Shown here in pieces: positions 18,350 through 28,796 of a DNA stretch of 42,656 bases; position 1 is the stretch's first letter, and each line of letters opens with the position of its first letter. The translations under genes and the position numbers were made by a program. The stretch lies in assembly GCA_002069095.1 (NCBI GenBank), contig MVZJ01000001.1, positions 1 through 42,656 of the forward strand, read 5' to 3'. Below the pieces are notes generated by a model that was not told the origin of the DNA, ran no database searches, and was given only the letters and a program-made list of their open reading frames with translations. This DNA is from Bacteroidetes bacterium ADurb.BinA174 (GTDB lineage: Bacteria > Bacteroidota > Bacteroidia > Bacteroidales > Dysgonomonadaceae).

Positions 18350-19768
18350 TCACAACAACGGCGCAAACAAACGCATCAGCGATTCGAAAAACCGTACGTT
18401 TTTTGGCCTTTTTATCCACTCGCGGAGCGATACAATTTGCGAATCCCGCTGGTCTTCCACAAAAATTTTGATGGCTTCCTCGGCTACATTGTAATCGTAA
18501 ATAAAGGCTTCCACCTCAAAATTATGTTCAAAACTGCGTGAATCGAAATTAACCGAGCCAATTAACGTCAGCGAATCATCGAAAACCATCAGCTTTGAAT
18601 GCAAAAACCCTTTTTCATAAAAATACACCTTTATTCCTGCTTGCAACACCTCTTTTACAAACGATAATGAAGCCAGGTGAACCAACTTCACATCCGTTTT
18701 CTTAGATATCATTATCCTCACATCTAATCCACGAATAGCAGCAGCCTGAAGAGCTTCAATCATAGGTTCAGGCGGAACGAAATACGGCGTTTGAATAAAA
18801 ATACTTTTTTGTGCGTCGTAAATGGCTTGCAAAATGCCGTGCGATATTTCTCTTTCATCGCGCATTGGACCGCTGTTAACGGTTTGCATCGAAATATTCC
18901 CAAAACTCGGAAGTTCGGGAAAATATTTTCGCGAGGTAATAAGTGTCTGGCTCACAAAAAACCAATCGATAAGAAAAATCGATTGTAATCCCTGAACGCC
19001 TTTGCCTTCGATACGAACGTGGGTATCACGCCAGATACCCCATTTAAAACCATCGACATACCTATCAGCGATATTCATACCGCCTAAATAACCAATTTGT
19101 CCGTCAATAACAACAATTTTCCGATGATTTCGAAAATTCAGCCGCGAAGTCAATTTGGGAAGCGCCAATTTCAAAAAAGGCTCCACTTCGATTCCGGCTT
19201 TACGGAACTCCTCGAAAAATGCCTTTTTTGTTTTACGCGATCCGAAACTATCATAAATAACACGAACTTCAACGCCTTCAAGCGATTTTTCAATCAGCGC
19301 ATTTTTCACTTTTGTCCCGATCGCATCGCCATCAAACGCATAATATTCGATATGAATATGCTTTTTGGCATTTTCAATATCGCGAATTAAATGTTCGAAT
19401 TTATCGGAACACTCGGTGAAAAACTGAATATCGTTCCCGCCCAGCAACGGCGTATGGTCGAGATTTCTTAACAAACGTATCAAACTCGCATGTTCCTTGG
19501 GATAGGTAAATTCTTCGAGTGTGCCGATTTCATCTAACGGACGTTTTTTGAGCTTGCTGTACATCCGTTTGGTAATAACTTGTTTCTTGGTAAAATCCTG
19601 TCCGAAAATGAGATACCAAATCAATCCCACAAACGGTAGAAACACAAGCACCATTACCCACGACAGTGTTTTGATGGGGTTTCGATTCTCTGAAATTACC
19701 ACGATAACCACACTGATGATGGTTAAAACGTAAAGAATTTCGAGAATAAGCACCAATACACTGTTCAT
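18350..19768 (-). CDS. cls: Cardiolipin synthase
   Basis: Two N-terminal TM helices, two HKD motifs (NHRKIVVIDG, LHSKLMVFD). Confidence 0.95.
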   Translation of the reverse strand: MNSVLVLILEILYVLTIISVVIVVISENRNPIKTLSWVMVLVFLPFVGLIWYLIFGQDFTKKQVITKRMYSKLKKRPLDEIGTLEEFTYPKEHASLIRLLRNLDHTPLLGGNDIQFFTECSDKFEHLIRDIENAKKHIHIEYYAFDGDAIGTKVKNALIEKSLEGVEVRVIYDSFGSRKTKKAFFEEFRKAGIEVEPFLKLALPKLTSRLNFRNHRKIVVIDGQIGYLGGMNIADRYVDGFKWGIWRDTHVRIEGKGVQGLQSIFLIDWFFVSQTLITSRKYFPELPSFGNISMQTVNSGPMRDEREISHGILQAIYDAQKSIFIQTPYFVPPEPMIEALQAAAIRGLDVRIMISKKTDVKLVHLASLSFVKEVLQAGIKVYFYEKGFLHSKLMVFDDSLTLIGSVNFDSRSFEHNFEVEAFIYDYNVAEEAIKIFVEDQRDSQIVSLREWIKRPKNVRFFESLMRLFAPLL

Positions 19769-19864
19769 AATTTTCGATTATAATTTGACTGATGTCTTCC
19801 GGGCGCTACTAATTCCGATTCGCAGATTTATTCTTCTAGTTGGAACTCGAAGCACACGATAAAA

Positions 19865-20788
19865 TCACCGGTATTTTCCCTCATTCACATCTTCCAGAAT
19901 ATTTAAATAAGACTGGTATCGGCTTTGGCTAATGTAATGATTTTCAAGGGATTGAAGCACGGCGCAATCGGGTTCGTTCAAGTGTAGGCAGTTATAAAAC
20001 TTACATTTCGACGAAATTTTGAAAATTTCGGGGAAATAGTGCGAAACTTCTGCTGTTGTCATATCGATGGTACCAAAACCTTTTATCCCGGGTGTGTCGA
20101 TAACAAAACCACCATTTTCCAGTTCAATCATTTCCGAAAAAGTAGTAGTGTGCATTCCCTTGCTATGATAATCTGATATTTTCCCAACTTTCTGCGTGGT
20201 GTCTTTCTGTAACATGTTTATAATACTCGATTTTCCCACTCCGGAATGACCGGCAAGCAACGTAATCTTTCCGCGAACAAGCTCGCGCACTTCACTTATT
20301 CCTTCTCCCGTAACCACCGATGTTCTAATACATTTGTAACCGATAGTGGAATACAAATGAATTAAACTATCCACATATTCCAAATCTTCGCCGTCGTAAA
20401 TATCTGTCTTGTTGAAAACAAGATAAACGGGAACGCTGTATGCCTCAGCAGTTACCAGAAAACGGTCAATAAAAACGGTGGTTGTTTCGGGAAACCTGAC
20501 GGTTATGCAAAGCAGTGCCAAATCGATATTGGCCGCAAGAATGTGCGAATGTTTGGAAAGGTTCGATGCCCTGCGGACAATGTAATTTTTACGGTCTTCA
20601 ATTTCGATAATGTATGCGGTTCCGTCGGGATTTATATCGATTCTCACGATGTCTCCCACCACAACCGGACTCGTACTCCGAATTCCTTTAAGACGAAAAT
20701 TCCCTTTTGCCAAACAAGAAATATCCGTTCCGTCACCGGTTCTTACCAGATAGTTATTGCCCGTGTTTCTGATTACCAGCCCTTTCAT
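19865..20788 (-). CDS. rsgA: Ribosome small subunit-dependent GTPase A
   Basis: [35 protein letters not shown]. Confidence 0.96.
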   Translation of the reverse strand: MKGLVIRNTGNNYLVRTGDGTDISCLAKGNFRLKGIRSTSPVVVGDIVRIDINPDGTAYIIEIEDRKNYIVRRASNLSKHSHILAANIDLALLCITVRFPETTTVFIDRFLVTAEAYSVPVYLVFNKTDIYDGEDLEYVDSLIHLYSTIGYKCIRTSVVTGEGISEVRELVRGKITLLAGHSGVGKSSIINMLQKDTTQKVGKISDYHSKGMHTTTFSEMIELENGGFVIDTPGIKGFGTIDMTTAEVSHYFPEIFKISSKCKFYNCLHLNEPDCAVLQSLENHYISQSRYQSYLNILEDVNEGKYR

Positions 20789-20838
20789 ATCACATTATTA
20801 ACGGGATGGTTTAAAACCATCCCATCAATATAGTTGTT

Positions 20839-21396
20839 TTATACGGTAAGTATTTCTTTTTCTTTTTCGGCGAATTTTTCGTCAATTTTTTTGATATACT
20901 TATCGTGCAATTTTTGCAGTTCGTTTTCGCCATTCTTCCCCATATCTTCGGGCATGCCTTCTTTCACGGCTTTTTTCACCTCATCAATGCCTTCGCGGCG
21001 CGAGTTTCGGATACTTATTTTAGCATCTTCCGCTTCTTGCTTGGTTTGTTTTACCAATTGCTTACGGCGTTCTTCGGTGAGTGGTGGAATTCCCAAACGA
21101 ATAATTTCACCATTGTTTTCGGGTGTAATGCCCACATCGGAGTCCATAATGGCTTTTTCCACTATTTTCAGCATGTTTTTTTCCCACGGTTGAACCAGAA
21201 TGGTTTTAGCATCGGGAGTAGAAATGGACGAAACGTTCGACAACGGCACGTTGCTTCCGTAATAATCTACCCTTACTCCGTCGAGAATGCGCACATTAGC
21301 TCTTCCGGCACGAATTCGTGCAAAAGTATCTTCGAGGAATTCCAAAGTCATTTGCATTTTTTCCTCGGCGTCTTTTTTAATTCTTGAAATATCCAT
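20839..21396 (-). CDS. frr: Ribosome recycling factor
   Basis: [16 protein letters not shown]. Confidence 0.97.
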   Translation of the reverse strand: MDISRIKKDAEEKMQMTLEFLEDTFARIRAGRANVRILDGVRVDYYGSNVPLSNVSSISTPDAKTILVQPWEKNMLKIVEKAIMDSDVGITPENNGEIIRLGIPPLTEERRKQLVKQTKQEAEDAKISIRNSRREGIDEVKKAVKEGMPEDMGKNGENELQKLHDKYIKKIDEKFAEKEKEILTV

Positions 21397-21446
21397 ATTT
21401 ATTTTTGTTTTTGATGTTATGTAAGCAAAAATAATGAAAATGATTG

Positions 21447-21725
21447 TTAACTGATTAATAGATTGATTTTTTTACCCAATCCAAATTCAAAAATACGATA
21501 CAGCGTCGAAAGTTGAATATCGCACTTTCCATTTTCAAGTCTTGAAATATAGCTTTTCTTTGTTCCCACCTTTTCGGCTAATTGTTCTTGAGTCATTTTA
21601 GCTTCTCTTCGTGCTTCTTTCAACATTTCGCTGATTACGAAATATTGGGATTTTTCTTCAAACTCATCCTGTTTCGAGGTACCGACTTCGCCATACCTGA
21701 AATCAGAAACGGACTGTATAATCAA
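21447..21725 (-). CDS. XRE HTH antitoxin (HigA-like); N-terminus uncertain or eroded
   Basis: [32 protein letters not shown]; downstream of a toxin remnant. Confidence 0.8.
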   Translation of the reverse strand: MIIQSVSDFRYGEVGTSKQDEFEEKSQYFVISEMLKEARREAKMTQEQLAEKVGTKKSYISRLENGKCDIQLSTLYRIFEFGLGKKINLLIS

Positions 21726-21739
21726 AACCGTGAGTTTTT

Positions 21740-22103
21740 CTTACTCCATCGCTGTTCATCTACTTTTGTTTTCGAGTTAAAATATCCGTTTTTAAGTTTT
21801 AAGTCTACTATAATTTCTTTTTGGGTGCTTTTTGAGTTTTTTCTGAAACCCATTGAACAAGACGACTAAATTGCCTTTGTCAAAACAACGGAAAATTCTA
21901 AAAATATTACTTTCAAGTTCTATTCGAATTTCGTAGAGTCCGTCGGTTTCAGTCAAATGCTCAAGAAACTTAGCGAGAACGACCTTTACAGTTCTTACAA
22001 ATTTTAAACATACTCTATTTTCTCCTGTACTTTTTCACTTTCCTCTAAGTAGAAATTCGTGAAAATAATGCTTTTAGAAAATTATTTTACGGTATGTAGC
22101 CAC
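21740..22103 (-). pseudogene. RelE/HigB (Gp49-like) toxin pseudogene
   Basis: Fragments ATYRKIIF*KHYF / FYLEESEKVQEKIEY / KFLEHLTETDGLYEIRIELESNIFRIFRCFDKGNLVVLFNGFQKK, separated by a stop and frameshifts; 3' end approximate. Confidence 0.85.
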
Positions 22104-22107
22104 AACA

Positions 22108-22127
22108 CAAAGTTAACTCAAAAGTTA
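22108..22127 (-). promoter_or_regulatory. TA promoter -7 box (TAACTTTG) overlapped by operator-like palindrome TAACT-N4-AGTTA
   Basis: Directly upstream of the toxin GTG. Confidence 0.6.
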
Positions 22128-22189
22128 TCAAACGACAAATTATTTTTTGATCGAGGCAAAATCTAAAATCCGAAATCGCAAATCGTAAA

Positions 22190-22897
22190 TTAATTATGCA
22201 CCAATGTCCCGATATTTTCTCCCGATAGTACTTTTTTCAGATTTCCATAGGTATCCATATCGAAAACTACGATGGGAAGATTGTTTTGCTTACACATTGT
22301 TGTTGCTGTCAAGTCCATCACTTTAAGTCCTCGATCATAAACTTCGTCAAACGAAATAGTATCAAATTTGGTTGCAGTCGGATCTTTTTCGGGATCGGCT
22401 GTGTAAACGCCGTCCACGCGAGTGCCTTTGAACATAGCGTCTGCCTCAATTTCTATGCCCCGAAGGGCCGAAGTGGTATCCGTGGTGAAAAATGGACTTC
22501 CAGTGCCTCCGGCAAAAATGGCAATTTCGCCGCGTTCCATGGCTTCGATGGCTTTCCATTTGGAATAAAATTCGCCGATGGGCTCCATACGAATAGCCGT
22601 AAACACCCGATTTTTCTGACCGATGGAAATCAACGCTGAACTGAGCGCCAGACTATTAATTACGGTGGCAAGCATTCCCATTTGGTCGCCTTTCACGCGG
22701 TCGAATCCTTTTTGCGTACCGCTTAATCCGCGAAAAATATTCCCTCCGCCAATAACGATTCCGATTTGCACCCCCATTTGGGCGGCTTCTTTAAGTTGTG
22801 CGGCGTATTCTTCGAGCCGTTCGGCATTGATGCCTTGTTTTTTTTCTCCCGCGAGCGATTCGCCGCTGAGTTTGAGTAAAATTCTGTTATACTTCAT
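22190..22897 (-). CDS. pyrH: UMP kinase
   Basis: LLKLSGE, GGGNIFRG, PFFTTD, VMDLTA. Confidence 0.97.
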   Translation of the reverse strand: MKYNRILLKLSGESLAGEKKQGINAERLEEYAAQLKEAAQMGVQIGIVIGGGNIFRGLSGTQKGFDRVKGDQMGMLATVINSLALSSALISIGQKNRVFTAIRMEPIGEFYSKWKAIEAMERGEIAIFAGGTGSPFFTTDTTSALRGIEIEADAMFKGTRVDGVYTADPEKDPTATKFDTISFDEVYDRGLKVMDLTATTMCKQNNLPIVVFDMDTYGNLKKVLSGENIGTLVHN

Positions 22898-22933
22898 ATC
22901 TTTTAAGACTGTTAGACTGTTAATTGATAGATT

Positions 22934-23539
22934 TTAGATTTTTTCATGGATTTGATTAATGCGGCGTCTGACGGATGAATCGCCTGTCGCTTTAAAAACA
23001 TTTTGAAGTTGATAATAATCATCGGACAAGATATCCATAAAAACTGTATCGTGAAATATACGTTCACGATAAACAGATTGCCGACGTCTTCCAATCTCTT
23101 TAAAACCCAATTTTCGATAACAATTAATGGCATTTTCATTGAAAGAATACACCTGCAAAAAGATGTTATGTAAATTTAAGTAACGGAAACCATAATCCAT
23201 AAGCAAAGCCATAGCATCGAATCCGTAACCTTGGTGCCAATACGCTTTATCACCGATAAAAATTCCGATTTCTGCATTTCTGTTAATGTTATCCATATTA
23301 ATAAATCCACAAGTTCCAATGAGTTTATCATTCTCAAGGGTAACAATACCGTAATTGTGATTATTAGAAAGCTCCTCAAGTAATTTCCGTTCGTTTTCCG
23401 TATTAATTACACCTGCTGCCATACTGAGAAAACGAACAACTTCCATATCGTTCAACCAATGTGCGTAAATTTCGGCGTCATCTATTGTCATCGGTGAAAG
23501 ATAACATTTTTCACCGATTAGTTTGCGAATTCTGCCCAT
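22934..23539 (-). CDS. GNAT acetyltransferase, RimJ/RimL-like
   Basis: AEIGIFIG, YWHQGYG, NENAINCYRKLGF. Confidence 0.9.
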   Translation of the reverse strand: MGRIRKLIGEKCYLSPMTIDDAEIYAHWLNDMEVVRFLSMAAGVINTENERKLLEELSNNHNYGIVTLENDKLIGTCGFINMDNINRNAEIGIFIGDKAYWHQGYGFDAMALLMDYGFRYLNLHNIFLQVYSFNENAINCYRKLGFKEIGRRRQSVYRERIFHDTVFMDILSDDYYQLQNVFKATGDSSVRRRINQIHEKI

Positions 23540-23542
23540 AAG

Positions 23543-24298
23543 TTATTCATTTATAAAAGTTATTTCCTTAAACGCATATACTTTTTTTTCTTTGGTTTCG
23601 AGCATTCTCAATACCAAATGCCCCGATGAAAGTACGTTATCGATTTTCGCCTGAAACTTGCCGTTTGCATCTTCGTACCAATAATAACCATTCACACGAT
23701 ACAAATCGAGCATGTATTCATCTTCAATAACTTGTTTTTCTCCTTGCTGCAAGCTCCTGTACAGTAGGAAAAACTCTTTCATCAGCAAATCCAGTATATA
23801 ATTTTTATCGTATTCAGTTGCCGTAATTTGCCTTAACGAAACCGGATTGGGCAATTCTATGGGGAAGATTTGCTGGTTGAGATTCAGCCCGATTCCGATG
23901 ATGGAATTTTCAATAACTTTCCCTTGTAAATTGTTTTCGATAAGAATGCCGGCTATCTTTTTATCCTTCCAGTAAATATCGTTCGGCCATTTGATACGAA
24001 TATCATCGGTAAATTGGTCTAACGTGTTTTTTATTGCCAACGAAGTTATCCGCGAAATAATAAACTGCTCGTTGGCAGGAATTTCTGTGGGATAAATCAG
24101 CAAGCTGAAAAGCAAATTGTCCCCTTTTGACGAAAACCACGAATTCCCTACCTGCCCGCGTCCTGCCGTCTGAAAATCGGCCACAACAACGGAGCCCTCT
24201 ACCAATTGTTCCGATTTTATAAGCTCTTTCAGATAAGAATTTGTCGATTCCGTTTCTTCCAGATGTATAATTTGCCTGTCATCGCTCAACTGTTCCAT
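23543..24298 (-). CDS. birA: Biotin-protein ligase (no HTH)
   Basis: QTAGRGQ, KWPND, KIAGILIE. Confidence 0.93.
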   Translation of the reverse strand: MEQLSDDRQIIHLEETESTNSYLKELIKSEQLVEGSVVVADFQTAGRGQVGNSWFSSKGDNLLFSLLIYPTEIPANEQFIISRITSLAIKNTLDQFTDDIRIKWPNDIYWKDKKIAGILIENNLQGKVIENSIIGIGLNLNQQIFPIELPNPVSLRQITATEYDKNYILDLLMKEFFLLYRSLQQGEKQVIEDEYMLDLYRVNGYYWYEDANGKFQAKIDNVLSSGHLVLRMLETKEKKVYAFKEITFINE

Positions 24299-24644
24299 AA
24301 TACTCTTTCTGTTTTATTTTAGGAAGTTTTTTTATCACTTCATCCACCGAATGCTGAATCCATTTTTTCAATTCGTTATCGCTCATTTCGCCTGTTATAT
24401 GAATCGTATTCCAGTACGTTTTGTTCATGTGCCAGGCTGCTGTTACACATGAATATTTTTCGCGTAAAGACACGGCAATTTCCGGATTGCATTTGATGCT
24501 TACACTTAGAGAATCTTCATCTAACGGAATAAGCGCGAACATTTTACCGCACACTTTCATCACCAGCGTAACGTCGTCGAATGGCGTAGTTGCTTCCGCA
24601 CCCGGAATCGATAAACAATAATTGTATAAATCTTCGACATTCAT
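24279..24644 (-). CDS. MmcQ/YjbR family protein
   Basis: KVCGKMFA, WHMNKTYWN. Confidence 0.9.
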   Translation of the reverse strand: MNVEDLYNYCLSIPGAEATTPFDDVTLVMKVCGKMFALIPLDEDSLSVSIKCNPEIAVSLREKYSCVTAAWHMNKTYWNTIHITGEMSDNELKKWIQHSVDEVIKKLPKIKQKEYYGTVER

Positions 24645-24658
24645 ATTTAGTCTTTTTA

Positions 24659-24690
24659 AGTATCTGCCGATTCGGAACCAGTTGATGCTT
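24659..24690. repeat. REP-like palindrome, copy 1 (flanks yraN)
   Basis: 26/32 identical to 25064-25095. Confidence 0.65.
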
Positions 24691-24692
24691 TC

Positions 24693-25055
24693 TTACAGAA
24701 ACGGCAAAAATGCATCGTCGATATGTTCCAGTTCAAATCGTTTTCCGTTCCAAACCAAACCGATAATATCAAATCGGGCAGGCTTATCTATTTCTTTCTC
24801 AATCAGATAATAATTGGCAGCATCAACCATTCTCCGCATACGCGATTTCCCTACAAAATCCTCCGGATTTCCCCATTGCGCGGATGTTCTTGTCTTTACC
24901 TCAACAAAAACGATAAATTCTTCATTTTCAGCAACAATATCGATCTCATACCCATGAAAACTCCAGTTCCGGCAGACAATTCTGTAATCTTTCGATTTCA
25001 GATATCTGACGGCTTCTTCCTCGCCTCGTATGCCTAATTCGTTGTGTTGTGCCAT
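24693..25055 (-). CDS. YraN (UPF0102) family protein
   Basis: GEEEA..YL, EIDIVA, FVEVKTR, RFD. Confidence 0.93.
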   Translation of the reverse strand: MAQHNELGIRGEEEAVRYLKSKDYRIVCRNWSFHGYEIDIVAENEEFIVFVEVKTRTSAQWGNPEDFVGKSRMRRMVDAANYYLIEKEIDKPARFDIIGLVWNGKRFELEHIDDAFLPFL

Positions 25056-25063
25056 TTCCCCAT

Positions 25064-25095
25064 AGTATCAGCCGGTTTTGAACCAGCAGATGCTT
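25064..25095. repeat. REP-like palindrome, copy 2 (flanks yraN)
   Basis: AGTATCAGCCGGTTTTGAACCAGCAGATGCTT. Confidence 0.65.
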
Positions 25096-25204
25096 AAAAA
25101 TACAAATTTATGCAATATTCTTTTCTTTTGTGTTAATATATTTTGTTTTTTTGTATCTGAAAGGATTTTACGAAACTTTTTCTGAACATTTTTTTCGAGA
25201 AGAA

Positions 25205-25432
25205 ATGAGAACAACTAAAAAATACAAATTAAACGGACGTCCTTCTCCACGCACCAAAAAAGCCGAATTCATGCTCAGCGACGAAGAGTATGAAGTTATT
25301 AATTTCTATTTGAAGAAATATAAAATCACCAATCGCTCCCGATGGTTCAGGGAAACCATTATGAATCAAATTCTTAAGAATATGAATATGGATTATCCTA
25401 CGCTTTTTGAAGAGAATGAAATGAGAAGATGA
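25205..25432 (+). CDS. Small hypothetical protein, ribbon-helix-helix-like
   Basis: FMLSDEEYEVI...NRSRWFRETI...DYPTLF; ATG 25205 preferred. Confidence 0.7.
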   Translation: MRTTKKYKLNGRPSPRTKKAEFMLSDEEYEVINFYLKKYKITNRSRWFRETIMNQILKNMNMDYPTLFEENEMRR

Positions 25433-25541
25433 TACGTTTAACATTTGCGGTTTGATGTATATAAGGTAACAATGAAATTAATCGGACTAAATAACATCAA
25501 ACAACAAACAACAAACAACAAACAACAAACCTCAAACAAAC

Positions 25542-25976
25542 ATGTTAGACGATGCCTATTTTATGCGGCAGGCGCTGGTCGAAGCGCAAAAAGCTTTCGA
25601 AAAAGACGAAGTGCCAATTGGTGCCGTGGTGGTTGCCAAAAACCGGATTATCGCACGTGCACACAATCTGGTGGAAACTTTAAACGACGTTACGGCACAT
25701 GCCGAAATGCAGGCGATAACTGCCGCCGCTAATGTGTTAGGTGGAAAATATCTGACCGACTGTACGCTTTTCGTTACCATTGAACCCTGCCCAATGTGTG
25801 CCGGCGCACTGGGTTGGTCGCAACTCGCGCGGATTGTTTACGGCGCAGCCGACGAAAAACGGGGCTTTTCAAAATTTGCTGGTAATGTTTTGCATCCAAA
25901 AACTGTCGTTTCATCGGGAATTTTAAGCGATGAGTGTGTGGCATTAATGAAAAAGTTTTTCGAAAAGAAAAGGTAA
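25542..25976 (+). CDS. tadA: tRNA adenosine deaminase-like nucleoside deaminase
   Basis: EVPIGAV, HAE, EPCPMC. Confidence 0.88.
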   Translation: MLDDAYFMRQALVEAQKAFEKDEVPIGAVVVAKNRIIARAHNLVETLNDVTAHAEMQAITAAANVLGGKYLTDCTLFVTIEPCPMCAGALGWSQLARIVYGAADEKRGFSKFAGNVLHPKTVVSSGILSDECVALMKKFFEKKR

Positions 25977-25995
25977 TTCTATAATTCATACAATC

Positions 25996-27189
25996 ATGAA
26001 AACGATTTATTTTTTAATTATCAGCATCCTGTTTTTTGCTTGCACTTCAAACTCCAATAAAAACAGCGACAGCACTCCAAATGTCAAAGCCATTGACAAT
26101 GTATTGCAGGCGTTTGTAGATTCTGGCTATATTCCCGGAGCCGTGACTATGGTAGTTTCGAAAGATAAAATTCTGCATCTTGGGAGCGTTGGCGTGGCAG
26201 ATTACGAAACAAAATCTCCTATGGAACCCGACCGTCTTTTTTGGATTGCCTCCATGACAAAACCCATTACAGCCGTGGCTTTACTGATGCTTCAGGATGA
26301 AGGAAGACTCTCCGTTGAGGATCCGGTTTCCAAATACATTCCCGAATTCGGAAGCCTGAAGACTCCGTCAGGAAAAGATGCCAATCTCACCATCACGCAA
26401 ATTATGAACCACACATCGGGTTTGCGCGAAGCGGATGCACAGACGGCTGCAAACGCCAAAGAACTTGCCGACTTGATCCATTCTTACGTTAGCGGCCCTA
26501 CACAGTTTGAACCGGGCAGCAAATGGAACTACTGTCAATCGGGAATCAATACTGGAGCACGAATTGTTGAAGTAGTAAGTGGATTACGTTTCGATAAATT
26601 TCTTCAGGAAAAGATTTTCGATCCGCTCGAAATGAAAAACACAACCTTTTATCCAACACAATTAACTGAAAGCAAACGTGCCGCCGGATACGTAAAAAAC
26701 AATGATACCAGAAATTTTGACAAGGCTGAAGTTTCTTCAATTTTTGGCAAACCCGAAAATGCTCCGCTCGGAAACGGAGGATTATTCTCTACCGCTCCCG
26801 ATTATGCACGTTTCGCTCAAATGCTTTTAGGAAACGGCGTTTACAAAGGAAAACGATACCTAAGCGAAGATGCGATGACTTATCTTTCTACTGTTAAAAC
26901 AGGCGATCTGGATTGCGGATTTCTTCAGGAGCCTCAATACGGAAGCCGTGGTGCAAATTACGGATGGGGAATAGGCACCTGTGTTCTTCGTACACCACAT
27001 TCGGGCGTGGCTGCCATGTTATCGCCCAGCACATTCGGGCATGGTGGTGCATGGGGAACACAAGCATGGATAGATCCCGCGAAAGATGTTGCTTACATAA
27101 TGATGATACAACGTCCCAACTTCAATTCAGATGCGAGTAATATCCGCGCAGAATTTCAACAAAAAGCATTTGATGAGTTAGTGCGATAA
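25996..27189 (+). CDS. Serine hydrolase, beta-lactamase class C/esterase family lipoprotein
   Basis: Lipobox FFAC, SMTK, HTSG, FEPGSKWNY, GHGG. Confidence 0.9.
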   Translation: MKTIYFLIISILFFACTSNSNKNSDSTPNVKAIDNVLQAFVDSGYIPGAVTMVVSKDKILHLGSVGVADYETKSPMEPDRLFWIASMTKPITAVALLMLQDEGRLSVEDPVSKYIPEFGSLKTPSGKDANLTITQIMNHTSGLREADAQTAANAKELADLIHSYVSGPTQFEPGSKWNYCQSGINTGARIVEVVSGLRFDKFLQEKIFDPLEMKNTTFYPTQLTESKRAAGYVKNNDTRNFDKAEVSSIFGKPENAPLGNGGLFSTAPDYARFAQMLLGNGVYKGKRYLSEDAMTYLSTVKTGDLDCGFLQEPQYGSRGANYGWGIGTCVLRTPHSGVAAMLSPSTFGHGGAWGTQAWIDPAKDVAYIMMIQRPNFNSDASNIRAEFQQKAFDELVR

Positions 27190-27360
27190 ATTTGAATACC
27201 TTCAGTAACGGAACAAATTGACGCAACAATAGGAACAAAAACATAATTCGTAAAATTCAAAACAGTTTCTAAGATATTATAGTGTCTTTTGAAGGAATAA
27301 GTATATTTGTAAATTTATAATTAAAACTCCGGATGTAAGCCTGAAACCCATTTTGGCTCT

Positions 27361-27673
27361 ATGCAACATATCAACGAATTCTTCAATACTTTACACAGCT
27401 ATATCGGCGGAAACAACTGGTTTGTATTCCTGTTATTGGAAAGGCGTTGCACTTGCAGTGCATTTAGGCGGATCTGCTGCATTGTTTTGGATGCTGATAA
27501 CAGCTACCGATACTATCATTATTTGGAATTTATCATTATTGACCGTTGCTTTTATGGTAATTCCGAATCTGTTTGGGATTTTAACGCTGCATCGCGAGAT
27601 GAAATCAACTATAAAAGAATATTGGCAGGGATTTCGCGAAGAATATCCTGATGAAAAAACACCAAAAAATTAA
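27361..27673 (+). pseudogene. Alanine/glycine:cation symporter (AGCS) remnant with large internal deletions
   Basis: N-terminal MQHINEFF..., then GVALAVHLGGSAALFWM, then C-terminal IPNLFGIL, in about 310 bp across two frames. Confidence 0.75.
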
Positions 27674-27674
27674 A

Positions 27675-28721
27675 ATGAAAAAAACATTACTTTTAACGCT
27701 TTTAGTACTTCATTTGCTTGCCGCTTACGCGCAAACAAAGCAAATAACCCGATTGGGAATTGTGAATCCTACCGTTGGGAATTTAAGCAATACGATAAAC
27801 CTTATCAACAAAGGTTATTTGCAAGCGGACAGCATTGCAATTGTCGGAATTTACCACCAATTACAGACATCGTCTATTGCTTCATCGGAAGAATTTATTC
27901 AAAAGAGCAATTTCAAGAACATTACACTTGAAAAAATAGAAGGTTTCATTTCCATCGATAGTCTTTTTATTGAAAACGCTTGCTCTCAGCAATTTTCAGA
28001 TGTTTTCAATAAAATCGATGCGATTATCCTTTTCGGCGGAGCCGATATCCCGCCTTCCGTTTACGGTGAAGAAACTTTTTTGACTACTGAATTGATTTCG
28101 GGCGGGAAAAATTGGGAATTGTCATTTTTGTTTCATCTTATTGGAGGATCACAAAATTCGAATTTTAAACCGTTATTGGAAAAGAACCCCGATTTCCCTA
28201 TCCTCGGTATCTGTCTCGGGATGCAGAAACTGAATGTGGCAGCCGGTGGTTCGTTATATCAGGATATTCCATACCAAATTTATGGAAAAACCACGTTCGA
28301 AAACCTTCAACAATTGGGTTCCGAAAATATTCATAGAAACTATTGGGACAGGATGGACAACGAAAACGAGTATTCTTATATCCATTTCCATCCGATTATC
28401 ATTTCCGAAGGAAGTTTCTTGAAGCTTAAAAATATTTCGGAAAATCCGGTGGTGGCCAGTGTGCACCATCAGTCAGCGAAGAAAATCGGGAAAGGATTTA
28501 AGGTTGCCGCCACATCCATGGACGGAAAAGTAGTGGAAGCTTTGCAACATAACCGATTCAAAAACGTGTACGGCATTCAGTTCCATACCGATTTTTCCGT
28601 TTTATACGATGAAGGAAGAACATTCAAAGTCTCTCCTACTAAAACCATTGAATTAAGCGAAGATACAAAGTTGTTTCACAAATTATTTTGGGAGAATTTT
28701 AGTGGGAGATTGTCTGATTAG
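27675..28721 (+). CDS. Exported peptidase C26 / gamma-glutamyl hydrolase family protein
   Basis: Signal peptide ending AYA; GGADIPP, GICLGMQ, SVHHQ, GIQFHTD. Confidence 0.85.
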   Translation: MKKTLLLTLLVLHLLAAYAQTKQITRLGIVNPTVGNLSNTINLINKGYLQADSIAIVGIYHQLQTSSIASSEEFIQKSNFKNITLEKIEGFISIDSLFIENACSQQFSDVFNKIDAIILFGGADIPPSVYGEETFLTTELISGGKNWELSFLFHLIGGSQNSNFKPLLEKNPDFPILGICLGMQKLNVAAGGSLYQDIPYQIYGKTTFENLQQLGSENIHRNYWDRMDNENEYSYIHFHPIIISEGSFLKLKNISENPVVASVHHQSAKKIGKGFKVAATSMDGKVVEALQHNRFKNVYGIQFHTDFSVLYDEGRTFKVSPTKTIELSEDTKLFHKLFWENFSGRLSD

Positions 28722-28796
28722 CCATGATGGTTGTCAGCATTAATTTTTTACTCTAGCGCTGTATTTGAAACAATATTTTAGTTAAATAATTTTATT

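Noticed and set aside
25488-25541. CRISPR array or phase-variable microsatellite
   Set aside because: No spacers; it is an intergenic member of the heptamer class. No CRISPR repeats were seen anywhere in the window.
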